64,000 nt of DNA, taken from NCBI GenBank assembly GCA_013239625.1, contig MU053652.1:5137902-5201901 (forward strand). Direction: 5' to 3'. The position numbers and the translations under genes are program-made. This DNA comes from Lama guanicoe (Eukaryota). The notes under the pieces were generated by a model. The model had not been told where the DNA came from. It did not search any database and saw only the letters and a list, made by a program, of their open reading frames with translations. This document shows, piece after piece, positions 12,960 through 27,309 of this stretch (position 1 is its first letter; each line of letters starts with the position of its first letter).

Positions 12960-13330
12960 CTTTTACAAAGGTCAACTATGCTTCATGAGGAGATGAGATG
13001 TGAGCTAAGTCTTGAAGGATGGCCAGTTGCTACAGAGATGCGCAACAGTGTGGCCCTTCTGGGCAACTGAGAAGTGGCAGATGAAGTTCAAAGGGAAATG
13101 AAAAAGGGAAAGAGGCAGGAGAATCAGGCCACCAATGAACCACGGGAGAATGGAATTTAAGAAGATCTGACAGAGTCAGCGCGTTCAAAGAGGTCACAGT
13201 AAGGACAGAAACGTGCCCCCTCAAGATGGCGATAACTTCAGCAAGAGCAATTTCAGACGGTTTTATTAGGAGGTTGAACAGCTGCTAAAATAGAGATGGC
13301 TCGTGTCCACTCATCTTTCAACAAAGAGGT
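12960..13330 (-). mobile_element. L2 fragment
   Basis: GCTTCATGAGGAGATGAGATGTGAGCTAAGTCTTGAAGGATGG and GAGGTCACAGTAAGGACAGAAACGTGCCC resemble antisense L2. Confidence 0.55.
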
Positions 13331-13519
13331 GGCCAAAAGGAGCATGGAAGTCAAGGGAGAACACCAGATTTAGTACCACAAAACAAGTAAATCAGTGAAA
13401 ATCATCTTTATTGGATCATTTAATAAAGGTAGGGGGAAGGACGGAAGGCTGACATAATTTTTGTCATATATAGCTCTGATAATGAATGACTCATAAATAT
13501 TCTACTTCCTATCCTTCTA

Positions 13520-13760
13520 ATTACAAACTGTACAATCTGAGAACTATGTATTTATCTCTAACAGGGACTTAAATGTATTCAGCCCTGTAGCCCTCAGCTC
13601 CTAGAATCAGGTCTGACATATGGTACACATTCAATTAATGTTTGTTGAATAAAATTACTTAATCTCTCTGGGCTTCAATTTCCTCCTCTGATAAAAAAGA
13701 AAAAAAAAGTGGCTGGATCTAAATAATATTCCTTCTATCTCTAAATGCCTACTGATCTAT
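13520..13760 (+). mobile_element. L2 3' tail followed by MIR fragment
   Basis: CCTAGAATCAGGTCTGACATATGGTACACATTCAATTAATGTTTGTTGAAT (L2 end), then TTACTTAATCTCTCTGGGCTTCAATTTCCTCCTCTG (MIR core). Confidence 0.65.
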
Positions 13761-16700
13761 AAATGTTACATAGAATGGATCAATTCCCTACAATTCCTTG
13801 AAAATTTGCCATGTTTTAACATTAACATTCACATTCAAGTAAGGGGATGATACATCAAAGCTACATCCATTCACCTAAAAATGAAAATATATGTTATTCT
13901 TGAGATCCTCCTTTGAGGTGGAAATATCTTCACCAAATCGGGTCACAGAAAGGAAACAGAAGATAGATCTCTTCAGAAAATGTTTTAATGAGTGTAACCC
14001 TTCTGTCTACCCCTCCTCCAGTGTAACTGTCCATCTGCACAGATATGGGTTATTGCTTGGAAACCTTAAAAATGTAAAAGAAACCTTTTATAGCTCATTT
14101 TTTTAAAATTCAAAAGTGATAAATCTGCCACTGTGTAAATGTCTTGTTTTTTTCTAGGCCTATGCTGTTTAAGTTTTAATGCAAATTGAAAGCTGGGGCG
14201 GCCGGTGGGTGGGGGGAGGTGGGGGTGGAGACGACAAAGAGAAGGAAAATAAACGAAGCCAGATTTCAAGGTAGAGATGCCCCTGTGTCTGCAGACAGAT
14301 AACAGAAATCCTGTGAGACATTAAAACATCAACACTAAACAGCAGCACTCAAATGAATAACCAATTTCCCATTATTATCAAGAAAGCCACACAGCCTTCA
14401 AACTCAGAGGGCAATTATGTCTGCTATTACTGTGAAATGCCAGATAGAATCGGACTCTGATAGATGGTGTCTCAAACTTGTGCTGCCCCCCTCTCCCCAC
14501 CAAACATAACTGGAGAAGGGGAGTTAATATATTGTTTTATGACAAATATATTGACTCATCATTGCCACCACTACCACACCCTACAACCCTGATTCCTTCA
14601 CTGGCCCCTCAAATCTTCCCAGCCTTTTCTAGAACTTCCATTCATTCAACCTGCAAAATCAGAAGTTAAATATAAAATAACTGCGCCTCATCCATATGAA
14701 TTCTGAACAGACGGGATAGATAACTATTTAATCTAGCTTAATCCACAGGAAATATTTAGGTTACAGGCTTTAACAATACAGTTTTGGTCTGGGATTATTC
14801 TCAAAGAATATAGATTTAATCTCCAAATGGTGATGTGTTCATACTCGGTAAATTACCACCACTTCATCCTGTCTGCAAACATTCAGCTGACTATTTGGTT
14901 AATCAATCCAAATTGAAATCAAATAGCTCTGTTTGAAATTACTGCAGGGGAAAAAAAATCCCAACGTTAACAGAATATTACTGATTATTTGTGCTTTTAA
15001 GACTCCTCTCTACAATAAGAACTTAAAAACCCATTTACAGTTATTTTTCCCAATGCTTCTACAACATAAATTGATTTACCAATAGTCAATTTTATTTGCA
15101 GCATTCCCGGAAAATTCTAATGAGGAGCCGTACCTTTTTCCTTTGTGTTTCCAATGCTTTTGTGAAGTTAAAAGATCATTATTTAACACCAGTAGAGCTA
15201 CACTCTTCAAAAGGAGAAAGAAAACACTGATGACTTTTTCAGCAGGTTTACACAGTGTTCAGCGGTAACAGACATTATTGCTCGACGTTCTACACCAAGA
15301 TTATAATCTAAGAATTATGAGTGGCTGGGTAGAGGATTAAGTAGAAAAGGGTTCCAATGAGCAGATGGACGCATGACCATGACGGAAAGCTTATCGTATG
15401 TACCAGAGGCAGCCTCACAAAGACATGGTGAAGAAACTATAAGCAAATATACAAATTTTGGCCTATCATAGAAGAGAATCTTATTCAGACAACCCATATG
15501 GGGTATGTATATGATATCACATTCATTTAATCATTCCAAAATTCCTTGTAGTTTAACACATATGCTCATACTTTTCTAAGAAAAAAATAAACAAGCAGTT
15601 AAAAAACTTTCAGCAAAGGATGAAAGTAAAACCAAAAACAGATCAAAGGAAAAGCAGAAAGAAAAAAGATGCAAAGTTCTTGAATTGAGGAGGGGGATGA
15701 TACCCCAAATACAGACCTCTGTGGTTCATTTTAACTCTTGTGCAAGTTCCAGTACTACAAAAACCAGTAGGATAGATGGTTAACAAAGGGTGGACAGAGA
15801 AATTGCTCCAAATGAGATTTTAAGTGAGTCATACTCGGTAACCCAGACGATTTCATTTACTTATCTAACTGAACAATGTATTTTATCCAAGAACACATTG
15901 CATATGCCTAAAATATAGTGATCAATTTAAAATGAAATTCAAGACAAAATGATATGGGTATGAAACAGAACATCCTTTACAGCTGCAGCTTTACCAAATT
16001 TAGCCTCAAAATTTTAAGTTGAAATGTGGTGAAACTTTGGGTCTTGAAGTATAATCAAAGAAAGCAAACATTAGAGAAGGGGGAAAAAAACTGATGTCAA
16101 CTAATCACAGAAAACTGGTATGCCTCAGGCTTCAAGAAGTGTCCTAAAAATGTCCCTATCATTTGTTTAGACATCTTTCCTAATACAAGTAGATGTGAAG
16201 GTAGAAACCAAAACTGTTTTATTTTCTTCTATATATGCTTAGAAAGCAGAAAGACACAGGAAGGTCCTGGGACTAAATAAACATGCTGCATAGCTTGGGT
16301 TATGAAGGCAGCCAGATCTTCTGCAATCTCAGTACAACTTAAATTCAATGATCTGTGCCAAGAGTCAGATAATAGAAAAATTTAAGTATCCAATACATAT
16401 TGCTCTTAAACACTATCCTGTCAGCCACCATTAAATACCATTTTGCTAGCCTGTAAAATTGATATTTCATATCTAGGGAGTATACAATGGATAACTCTGG
16501 GAAAGCATTCAAGGTTGTGGACACAAATTTAAGGTTTTGCAAATAAACATTAAAAATCAATTCAACAGCAAGAATGCTAACTAAATTTCATGACTATCGA
16601 ACACCTAGCAATTAGAGTCACCCAGAAAGATACTGAATTGTTAAATTACTTTCAGGCCAAAAGGCTTAGATGGCTCAAGCTCCCCAGTGGTCACCACGGA

Positions 16701-17379
16701 TGATATTTCTTAAAGAATGTCATCTCACCGCTAATAAACTTGTATAAAGAGTTTTCTTTCTTTCCTCTTTGAATAGCATGCATCAGAACACAGACAATGA
16801 ATCAATATCATTTCTGTCTCTGAGTAATTGAGAACCAACTCACAAAACTCAAATGGTCATTAAACAGTCTTGAGGGAGGGCTTCATGTCTCACCGTTGTT
16901 CTCAGGGCCGTTCATCTTCCAATTAATTTCCACTCTGTCTAACCCCTTCCTCTCTTCCACTGGTCAATTACCATGCCCTCCTTTAAGTCAAGCTCCCTTT
17001 CATGATTACCAGGTTTCTTCAGGTCTTTCTACTCTCGCACTGTTCTTCCAATATCCTTCATTTCAATAAACAGAATTAAATTTTTTTTCCTGCTTTCTTC
17101 ACATCCTCACATTTCTAGACTTTATGTCAATTTCACTACGTACGCAAGAGACTCAAAAAACACAAGTGTGTACACTACTACTTGTAGTGAAGTCCGCCCC
17201 CCATTTTCAAAAATGAAAAAAAGGGACAGCAATGTGTCGAGTTTGGGCTTGAACAAATTTACAGTAAATTATGCCAGACTGATGGACTGTCCATTATACA
17301 CACCACACACACACACGTATTACACACATGCATGTATTTTTTACTTTGGGGGAATAAACTGTTCATTCTCTTAAGAAAT

Positions 17380-17780
17380 AGTGATGTCAGGAGAGGCACT
17401 TTTCTCAAGTTTTCAATCTTGAAGGATGAGTAACAGTTTTCCAGCTGTAGAGACAAAAGATAAACTGCCGGAAAGATGAAGAATTCAAAAAGGAGCAAAC
17501 GCTGGAGAGCGAGCCAGGGGAGAGCTCACCAAGGGCCTAGTGCTGTTTGCCCGGCAGAGATGTTAACCTCTGGAATCTAGAAACAGAGAAGACTCTCTGG
17601 GACAGGGAGAGACGTGATTGGAATTTTACGAAGACCAACTGAGCAGCAGTGTCGAAAGATAGATTGAAGAGAGTGATATTTCAAACTGTGGGGTAAAAAG
17701 CTTGAATAAGTAAGACAAAGGATGAAGATTTCAACAGCAGGGGGAGGAAGAATTCTGAGATAATATTCTGAAGCCTCAAT
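17380..17780 (-). mobile_element. L2 fragment
   Basis: ATCTTGAAGGATGAGTAACAGTTTTCCAG...GAGCCAGGGG...AAGGGCCT...GCAGCAGTGTCGAAAGATAGATTGAAGAGAG resembles antisense L2. Confidence 0.55.
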
Positions 17781-20427
17781 CGGTTAATATGTATAAAGCA
17801 CTGGAGTCATAATAACACGACCCACATGTAGAAACACAAAAGTCAGTACCTTTCTGTTCATTTGGTTTTCTTTATACCCAGCAATACCATCTAGATGCAG
17901 TTTCATTAGCGATAAATATTTAAAATTCCAAAGGTTTCAGTTTAACATGTTTCCTATCAGTACAACAAAAATGTCAAAATAATTGGGCTACGTTCCCACC
18001 TTCATGAACACTGATTATCCAAATCAAAATTTTAGTATGTTATAACATGACTAAAGTCACAACCAAGTCCAGAGAAAACCTCAGAAGTCTTCAAGGCTGA
18101 GCAAGAAAGATCTAATCATGGCTAGAGAGAAACTTCTGTCATGAAATGTCACATGAGGACAAAGAGCAAAGAGAGGCTCAGTCGAAGTTCAAGTTCAGAT
18201 GCTACAGAAGTCCCCAGGAACATACAAGTATGCTTGGTTTATCACCACTCCCTTCACATTTGGCAACCTTGATTATCAACCTGTTAAGAGCACCCAACCT
18301 CTCTAATAAGCCCCAGCACAAAAAAGTTAAAAATGGAAAGAAATTCATCTCCCTATGACACCAAACAACTGTGCTATAGCACAAGCTGCTGTTATTCTGT
18401 TAATTCAAATATTCACCAGGGGAAAACAAGAATCACAACATTCTGCAACTCATTGTCTGATGACCAATATCTTGTCAGTCAATGGGGAGAGGAAGCCGGT
18501 TCCTTTGGGCAAAAATTGTTCGTATCTAATAAGGCTTCAAAAACCTAAAAAAGGCTGAAGCAGCTAGAATAAGGATATTAAAGAGGTTAGGTAACAGCTG
18601 CAAGATTCACTTCTGTAATAGCAGGCACATCTGGCTCAATGTCTGCTGGGAATAGTAACTTGAGCTCTACATATCCAAAAGATAACCGAAAGAAAAAGGG
18701 TGCCACGCTGGAAAGTGGTTCATGCATGCGTTAGAGGTGAGCTGATCACTGCCCTTTAAAGGAAATACAGCCAAACTGACTGCCCTCCCCAATTTTCTAT
18801 GAGCACGTGCTTACCCCAAGTACCCACACCCCTGCAATATCTTTGTTGAATTAAAAGAGGAAATCACTGGCCACACGCATTACTATACTACCCCAATGGG
18901 CCTCCCTCCTATTTCACAAAAGAGGAAAACCTAAAGTCAAGAGGAAAAAGAGAACGCCTCACCTACTAGACAGTTCAAGTCCTTCACGTTTCCACAGCAG
19001 TTGAAAAACTCAGGTCAGGCCTTTGAACATGTTGGCTGGCACTCCTCAGAGCTGGGGCCGACACCACCCCTCCAGCTATACCCGTGGCCAGAAGCTCCAG
19101 GGTACACCACCCACAATCACACACCGAGATCTACAGAACTGGTCTGCTGAGGAGCACTGTTTCAAGTGGGGTTTCAGTTACGTTTTCTAACTTCCGTACA
19201 ACCTCAAGGACCTAATAGGCTGATTGAATTACGACTCTCTTGCCAAATTAAAAATCATTACTTTGTACAGTAGCCAATTAAGTTCTATTTTCAGCAAACT
19301 AACAGCCTGTATCTGCCCCCAAAGGGCTGTAACCTATGACAGAAAGAGGTTTAAACAGAAAAATAAGACATCTTTAAACAGCTTGGAGAGCTTAACCTCA
19401 AAGGAACCGCTCATCTCATCTGAAACCAGTACCTTATCAGAATCCCAGGAAGAGAGTGCAGGTCAATGTCAGGATGTAGGACCTAGTAGTGGTTTTCAAA
19501 CTTATACACATGTATCACAGAAGCTACTATTCTGATTAAGATCTTTTTAAATTAACTTCCCTCTTCCCCCTGGAAATCAGACCCCAAAGGTAATCATCCT
19601 CAACAACCAATAAAGGAGGTCGGCGTGTTTAAATTAATCTCCCTGGCCTGGGAAAGGCAATCAGGAAGCAACAGGAAATCAGACAGGTAAATAAGGTATT
19701 GACTGTTACTCAGGATCCTGCCAGGCAGGGCAGGAAACTTGCCTTTGCCTCCTTTATAAAAAATGTGTAGACTTGAGTAGGATCATAGATATTGTAGCTT
19801 GATCACAAAGGTACCTGAAAGGAACTGGTCAAAATCTCATGGAAATTTGTCTTAAGTGGGAAAATGGGAATCTGGACTTGGCTCTGCAAATAATTCCCTA
19901 TTTCAGTATCTTGGGTTTCCCCTCTATGAAAGGAAGACTATGAATAAGCCAGGTAATTATCAACATGTATTTTATGAGATTACAAATCTGAACATACTTT
20001 GAATATTTTCATTATTATTGGAATGACATTTCATTATAATTGCTTTTACTTTAATTATTACTAAGAGAAAAGAAATCTCTATCAAATATGTAACATCTGG
20101 CTAATTTGCTCTAAGGCTAGCCAAAGGTCATTCCTGGGATAAAACGTAGGACTTACAAATCAAATCATCAGATAAAGTTCCAACCCCGATTTCTGTATCA
20201 TAGGCAGTAATTCAATATCATAGGCAGTAAACCAATTTCCATTTTTCTTGACGGATAGTTCAATTATATCAACTAGTATAATAAAGGAAAAAAAGGCAGG
20301 ATCATTGCCACGTGGTGTGTCAAGAACCAGCTACCTCACTGGTGATGAATGTGTGGAAATCTAAGAGTACGTGCATTGTTTCTATGGGAACTTAATCAGT
20401 CCCATCCTTTTCATGAATTATAAGCCA

Positions 20428-20710
20428 TAGAATCACAGGGTCTGCAGGTTGGATGGGAACTTAAGTGTACGTCTAGCCTCCTATGCAGTGTCAAATCCCC
20501 TCCGCAACATTCTTACCATCTGGTTATTCAGCCCCTGTGTCAACGCCTTTGATGAAAGGAAACTCTAACTTCCTGGGACAGCCTACTCTCTCACTGAGCA
20601 CCTTTCTTAGAACGTTCTTTTTTCATATTAAGCTGAAATATGTTTCCCGATAACCAGTCCTAGTTTTACTCCTTGATGTCCAACAGAACAAATCTAGCAA
20701 GCTTTCTCAC
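20428..20710 (-). mobile_element. L3/CR1 LINE 3' fragment
   Basis: ATAGAATCACAG...GGATGGGAACTTAAG...AATCCCCTCCGCAACATTC...TCAGCCCCTG...TTAGAACGTTCTTTTTCATATTAAGCTGAAAT, typical of the antisense L3/CR1 3' end. Confidence 0.7.
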
Positions 20711-22394
20711 TGACTGGGCAATGTGACAGTTACTCGGCAGTGCAGCCTAACAAAGACGTTATAAAACTTTATAAAACTAAATACTGCCAGAATCATAGAG
20801 AACTCAGCTTTCAGCCACAGGGTAGTTTAGGGTATTAAATCCCAGTGCCTTGTGAAACCTATTCTTTACGAACTAGACTGCCTGATGCTCTGATCTTCTA
20901 AATGACCAAACTAGATAAAAGCGGATCTAAAATTAAGGATTTCAGATACGGCATTGAAAAAGTTCTAGTAAGAGATGAAACTAATGGTGTCATTATGATC
21001 AGTGAGTTAGACCCTAAACACAGCGCACTGGGATAGGCTTTCATGACAAGGAGGAAAATCACAAAGGAAGCCATCTTTGAAGAGGCAGGTGACTAAGTAC
21101 AAATTAGAGATGTCAAAGAAAACAGTGCTGAATTGATTTTCATTGGAATTCCCATGGTTGCTTTGGTCACGTTGGGATGAGGCAAGTGCCTATAATGCAA
21201 AATAAAAAATGGCACCATAAAGTAAGTCATGAGCTAAGTGTAATGGTGGCTCAGCAGAGAGATTGCTCCTGACACAATGGATCTGAGCAAGCTTCATGAC
21301 CATGGTCCTGTATCTGAACACTGAAGAGTGGGTAACACTGGTACACAGATAAAGGGAAAGAATAATCCCAGCAGAGACAGATTAGGAAAGCAGAAAGGAA
21401 AGAAAGCATGAAGCATGTATGGAAAAAGCACAACCCAATTTGTCAAAGTTGAGCCATACTGCTCATACACCACACCCTTTCTGGCCAAATCTTCCATTGG
21501 TAGGACTGTCCCATCTAGCATTTTTGGTCCCCTATCCAGTAAAAATGTCCCCCAGTGACATGTCCAAAACAAAACAAACAAAAACACAACCCACACACAC
21601 TGCTACACATATTTCCAACTTCCCACCATTAAGAATCACTCTAAAAGCAAGTATCATATAAAGAGTTTGGACACTTAGGGCCACATCATGGGATTTTATA
21701 AGTTTGGCTCTTTCCTCCAGGAAATGAGAAGCTTTTTAAAAAGTTTTGTATAAGGAAAGAGGCAGAATCTGAGGTACGTTGTTTCAGGCAAATTAACCTA
21801 GCAGCCAAATATAGAAGTGAATTGAGAGAGGGGACAACTGGAAATAGAGAGGCCAGTTAGGAGGCTATTATAGTGGCAGAGAAAAGATGTAATTAGGACC
21901 AGAACTACTCAAAAGGTGTTCTGTTCAACAGCACATTGTCTGAAGCAATTTTGATGACTCCAACCACCATGTATCACCGGCTTTCATGATGTACGCTAGT
22001 GTAGTACGTCACTTCCGCTCAGGTCAGATGTGCTGCAGCAGTCCCGCCCATGGTGCAAAGCTGAGCTTTGCACAGAAAATTTCCTATGCAAGTATGCAGA
22101 TGGGTACCTTGCTTATTACATATGGACTAATTAGAAAGCACATTATTTGTTAAGCCATTAGCATAACAAATCAACTTAAAATGACATTTGAGAATAGGCC
22201 ATTCAAAATGAAAGCCAAGATTATAAGTCTAAGTCTTTCAACAGGGGAAAAAACCATCAGACCCAAGGGAAGCAGGCAGCAGCTCCCGGCTAGATGGATG
22301 TGCAAAGTGAAAAGCTAGAGGCTGCTTTAAAGCACCTTCTTATTTGGGGATCCAAAGTGAGCCAGAGCTACTAAGTAAGCGAAACTGACAAGAG

Positions 22395-22610
22395 TTAATT
22401 AGTAACTACATAATATTTGAATACACAATATGTGAGGCACTATGCGAGACCCATTTCATATTCACAAAGACTAAGATTTCAACAATGTTATCAATTTCAC
22501 AGATAAGGAAGCCAGAGCTCAGAGGTATTGAATAACTCATCCAAGGTTAGTTATCACCAAATCACAGAAATCGACTCACTGACTGCAAACTGTCCTTTCT
22601 ACAGTATTCA
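22395..22610 (-). mobile_element. MIR SINE
   Basis: TATTTGAATAC...TATGTGAGGCACTATGC...TTTCACAGATAAGGAAGCCAGAGCTCAGAGG...AATAACTCATCCAAGGT. Confidence 0.75.
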
Positions 22611-24794
22611 ATTCAGAAGTCACTAAAACAAGAGAACAAGAACAAGGCAAGTGATTTCAAGACACACGTAAAAGGGACTGGCCAAACATGACCAACTAGG
22701 GTCAAGAATGTGTAATGTGGAGGGCAAGAGGCAAGGTATAACATCAAAGGCAAACTCCTGAGAAAGCCTGACAGAGCCACCAGGCTGAGCAAGAATGGCT
22801 GCGAGCAAAGGAAGGTACCTTTATCCATTGGGGGGGGGGGCGCAAGATAATGGACAACAAAAACCAGTGTCTTTCTCCTCTTTCTCATGAAATGTACGGA
22901 GGGTCATTGTTCTACAAGTGTCAAAAATGTCTATGATATAGTATAAAAATCGCAAACCCCCCCCCAAATCCCAACTGATTTTCTTTTGTAAGCTGTCAAA
23001 TCTATTGCACGTTCCCTTTCAACACCCTGAAATACATTCTACTCTAGGGCATACTGTGCTCATGTGTTTTTGAAATCAAGAACGTTGACATCCAATTTCA
23101 TGTAGTATAGCAGCTGTCCTTTTCCTGCTGCCCACTCCTATCTCTGTCCCCAAATAAGGACACCAAAATTGCCCTTCCATTTATCCTAGCCAGCAGGAAG
23201 AACAGCAGACACCCCAGCCTGCACTACTGACTAAAAGAACATCAATTCCAAGGTGGCTTCCTCTACTGAATCGTGCCTTAAGTCAAACAACTTTAACAAC
23301 TCTTCCTTAGAGTTTTTCAGCCTTTATTTCTAACTCTGTAATGGTATTTTCCATATAATGTTAGGATATTAGTCTAACAACAATACAATTTTTCCCTATG
23401 TTCAATCTCCCTTCTGCCACAGGAAGGCCTCCACCTTCCTCTTGGTGTAACATCTTAATAGCTACAAAATTCACTATTTGTGAGCAAGGATGTAAAGGGC
23501 TCTAGGGGCTAAAAATTAGGAGGTGAGCATCCGGGAGACTACAGAAGAAATGCTGTCACAATTCAGGGTTGACAACAAAAGTAGCAAGTGCTTTGCATGA
23601 ACCCACAGGTCCCGAAGGATAAAGGACCAGCACACTCGTAAAACTCGTCTGTCCCTGAGCAGAAATTTCTGTTCTGAGCTGGAATTAATGGAACCGTGTT
23701 TGCATAAGCACTGGCCTGGAAAGTGAACATCACCCCAACATCCTCCTTCCCGTGACCGGGCCATAGACGCCTCAAACCCTTGGTTTGAAGAAATACCCAC
23801 TATCTGTTATCACCCACTGCACTTGAATGTCTAAATGGCACAGTGACTGGAATCACACACATAGAAGTATCTCTTAGTTTCTTCACCACACCCTTTTATA
23901 CAGGTAATGCCATTTTCACACATTTTACTGAATACTTAAAATTATAGGTCTTTGCTACTCTATTCCCAAGAAAGTGTCTCAAGATTAAGAGGACAATTAA
24001 TATGCTGACTAATAGGAGTATTTTTATAAAGGTTCTTGTTTTACCCAGGAAACTGCATTCTGCATGGTCTGGTCTCCATGATATGAAACTTCAACACACT
24101 CATCTTCTCATTTAAACATCACTGCGCCATATGTTCCTCATCTTTTAAGAAACAACCACCACTACCACCACCACCATCAAATCTTAAGTGAAAATAAAAC
24201 AAATATAAACTTTCATTTCTACAGATTATCAAAGTTGGCATGTAATGAACAAGGAAAACTGGCAGATCTTTTTATTAGGGCAATTTCAAAAGTTACATCT
24301 TGCTTGTGAAGATTAACCCCAAAAAACGAATTACTAAGATTTCACTCAGTTTTGTCTTCAAACAGGACAAGAACCAAGAGATGGAGATTTTATGATAGTT
24401 TGGCCAAAGGATAAAATGGTCAATATAAATTCATGTGCTGATTAGAAAGCAGTTAGAAATACTCGTTCATTATACAGACCAGTAAGTTTCTATTAAAATG
24501 ATACAGATTATAAGCCTGGTGATGTTCTGTCTCCTATGAAAAAATATTTCTAATTTCAAAGGAAAAGTGAACAAGTAATGGGAACCCTTGTATCGTATCA
24601 TTCAAGCTTTACAGTGCATCAATAGCATCTTGTTTATACATTTTTTTCTTGCTTACAATCAAGTTTTACCTTGAACAAATGACTAATTTTCTAGCTATTC
24701 ATCCTTCTGGAATTTTTATAATTCTACACTGCAGTCACGGTGTCAAAGTGGGGTATGATATCAGAGAATAAACATTTTTTCTCTTCAAACTTTT

Positions 24795-24995
24795 AGTAGC
24801 TGCCACTCTTTAGCAGCATTACCCTGGGAAAATTTACTGAACTACCTGTGCCTCAGTTTCCTCACCCTATAACTGGTGAGCATAAATTCTTTCAGTCACA
24901 TACTATTACTAGGATAAAATCGACCATACATGTCAAGTGCACAGAAGAAGTACCTGGCACGTAGGGAGTTCTCAACAAATGTTTGTTACTGCTAT
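24795..24995 (+). mobile_element. MIR SINE
   Basis: CTGTGCCTCAGTTTCCTCACC...AGGATAAAAT...GTACCTGGCACGTAGGGAGTTCTCAACAAATGTT. Confidence 0.8.
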
Positions 24996-25539
24996 TCAAA
25001 CCTAAGCCACTTGAGAATGGCAGTAGCAAGCAACCTGAGGAAACGTGCACACATATTCTAACAATGGAATCAACACTAGGTGGCAGGCTCTCCAGCCAGA
25101 GCTCTCACATGTTATGGAGTGCCCACCAATGTCCATGTTAAAGTCAATTTTCTGTTCAGAAGTGATGGAAATTCTGCACTGAAAACAACACAAGTGTTTT
25201 GTCACTAAGGAGTTCCTGAAGTTCAGTAGTCTTCCAGAATATCTATATAACTGCTTCAAAGACACAGCATGTAGAATAAAAAAACCAGAGTTTCAACAGT
25301 TTTAAATGTGTGGTTTGAGCTGAGCTAGAGTGAGCTGAGATACCAATCACTCCTCTATCAAAAAAGCTGGTTTCTCAAAAAACATCAACAACAAAAAACC
25401 CCACCACCAAAACACAACTTTTTTTATTTCACCAAAGATTGCAATAAACTTCCAGTTGTATCTCATAATTAAGTATTAAACAAATAAATAGGGTATACGA
25501 TGAGAAAAATTTAAGGATTTAAGCCCACCTGTGCAAAGA

Positions 25540-26600
25540 CAAATTTGACATAAAATGATTAATGACATAAAATGATCTAGAATTTAAAGTTTTACAAAAG
25601 AAAATGTATTATATATCTAAATATAGAGAAATAGTAAAATGCACCTGAAAGGCATGCAAGAAGATTTAGATACATAGCCAATAAAATAATTCTACTTTAA
25701 AAGTAATCAACAAATATTGATGGTTTACACAAAAGGAAAGTAAAATGTAAATTACAGGAGAAATGCACATCCTTACTAGTAATTATATGCAAATGAAAGC
25801 AATTTAAGGTCCTGTTAATCTAGGAAAACAAAAATGACAAAACAAAACTAGATTATAAGAAAAAAAGTTTAAGAATTTATGGGATACAGTCTGAAAATTA
25901 GTTTACCCTTTGACTTATTAACTCACTTTGAGGATATAGTTTCTGAAATAATCCTAAATCAGAAAAAGTACATGTTTAATGCTGTTAAGAAAAATGAAAA
26001 ACAGGAACAAGGGCATAACTAGAAAATAGTAATATTGGCTTAATGGAAATATGTATGTGTGTGGGTATAAAATTAAATGTGCCATAATTTAAGAAAAATC
26101 TGCAACTTCCATTTCCACAGATGAAACAAGCTTCAAATCTACCCTCCTGCATAAAACAACCAAACAAAAACATTTTGAAACACGATTTCTAGTAAGATAG
26201 ACGGTAACAAAGGACAGTGATCCCTAAGAAGCAGGACACAAGAGAGCCCTGCAATTGCTTGCTGCCTAGGAAGAATTTTTAGTGGGAACGGACAAGGGTC
26301 TGCGGAGGCCAAGGCTGCTAGAGTTCACGGCACACAGTACCAGGGAGATGAGAGCACCACAGAGATGACCTCTGAGAGCCACACAGGGTCCCTTTGAGCA
26401 CAGTATTGATCAGCCCAGGAGTGGGCAGAAAACAGTCACCACCTGAGGAAACGGAATGAGCCACAGGAATGCATTAGAAGCAACAGTGCCTACTGTCACT
26501 ATAATGATTCAAAAATTTTCAAATTGCACATTTTAAATACATGCAGTTTTCCAGCATATCCATCATATCCCAATATAGCTGTTTGTAAAAACAAAAAAAC
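25540..26600 (+). mobile_element. Cluster of decayed L1M fragments (ORF2/3' pieces and a 5'-UTR-like piece at about 26100-26490)
   Basis: A-rich L1-like tracts (AAATGCACATCCTTACTAGTAATT...ATGCAAAT), the 5'-like ACTTCCATTTCCAC...TACCCTCCTGCATAAAACAAC...AAGGACAGTGATCCCT, and a 3' tail AAATTGCACATTTTAAATACATGCAGTTT. Confidence 0.5.
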
Positions 26601-27309
26601 GTTGTGGCATGAACAGTTATAAATATCAGAATACAAACTAACCTGTATACACTGGCCACAATCATCAGAAGTTTAGAGATCTACATAAATAAAATCTGTT
26701 AAGGTCTTTGGAGTTTGTATTTAAATACATTTTAAAAATTTACACCCATTGCATTAACCTAAAAGGCCATCCTTATTTTGTAGAAACAAGAGTTGAAGGA
26801 GTTTGCCCACGATCATGTGAAAAGGTCACATGAAAGAAGCAGAGACCACACAAACTCCTAAGATGCTGATCTCTGTTCTATATTCGCCACTCAGCTTTCA
26901 CCACTGCCAACACATGAGAACACGCTTAGAATAACAAGATGCTTGGGGAAAAAAAAAGACAGCTGCTTCAGAAGAGCTGTAAGCAGAGAAACTAGAGAAA
27001 ATGTTTCCTAATTTCACTAGGGCAAACAGGGTACTCCCACGGGTAAAGCTTGAAAGGAAATCTTGTACAGAGGAGGGATGACAATGTCTGGAAATTAGCC
27101 TAGTCTCACAATTCCCAGAAATGTCAGTTCCTTTAACATCGACTGAAGCATGCAAAGCAACATTTTGAAAATACAAATTAACATGCCTTGACATACATGA
27201 TGTTCACTTCAAAACTGTGTGTGTCATTTTTGTTTAAAAAAAAAGGGAAAATCATTCTTAATCACAAGAGATAAAATGTTTTAAAAAAGGAAATGGGGTG
27301 GGTGCCATT

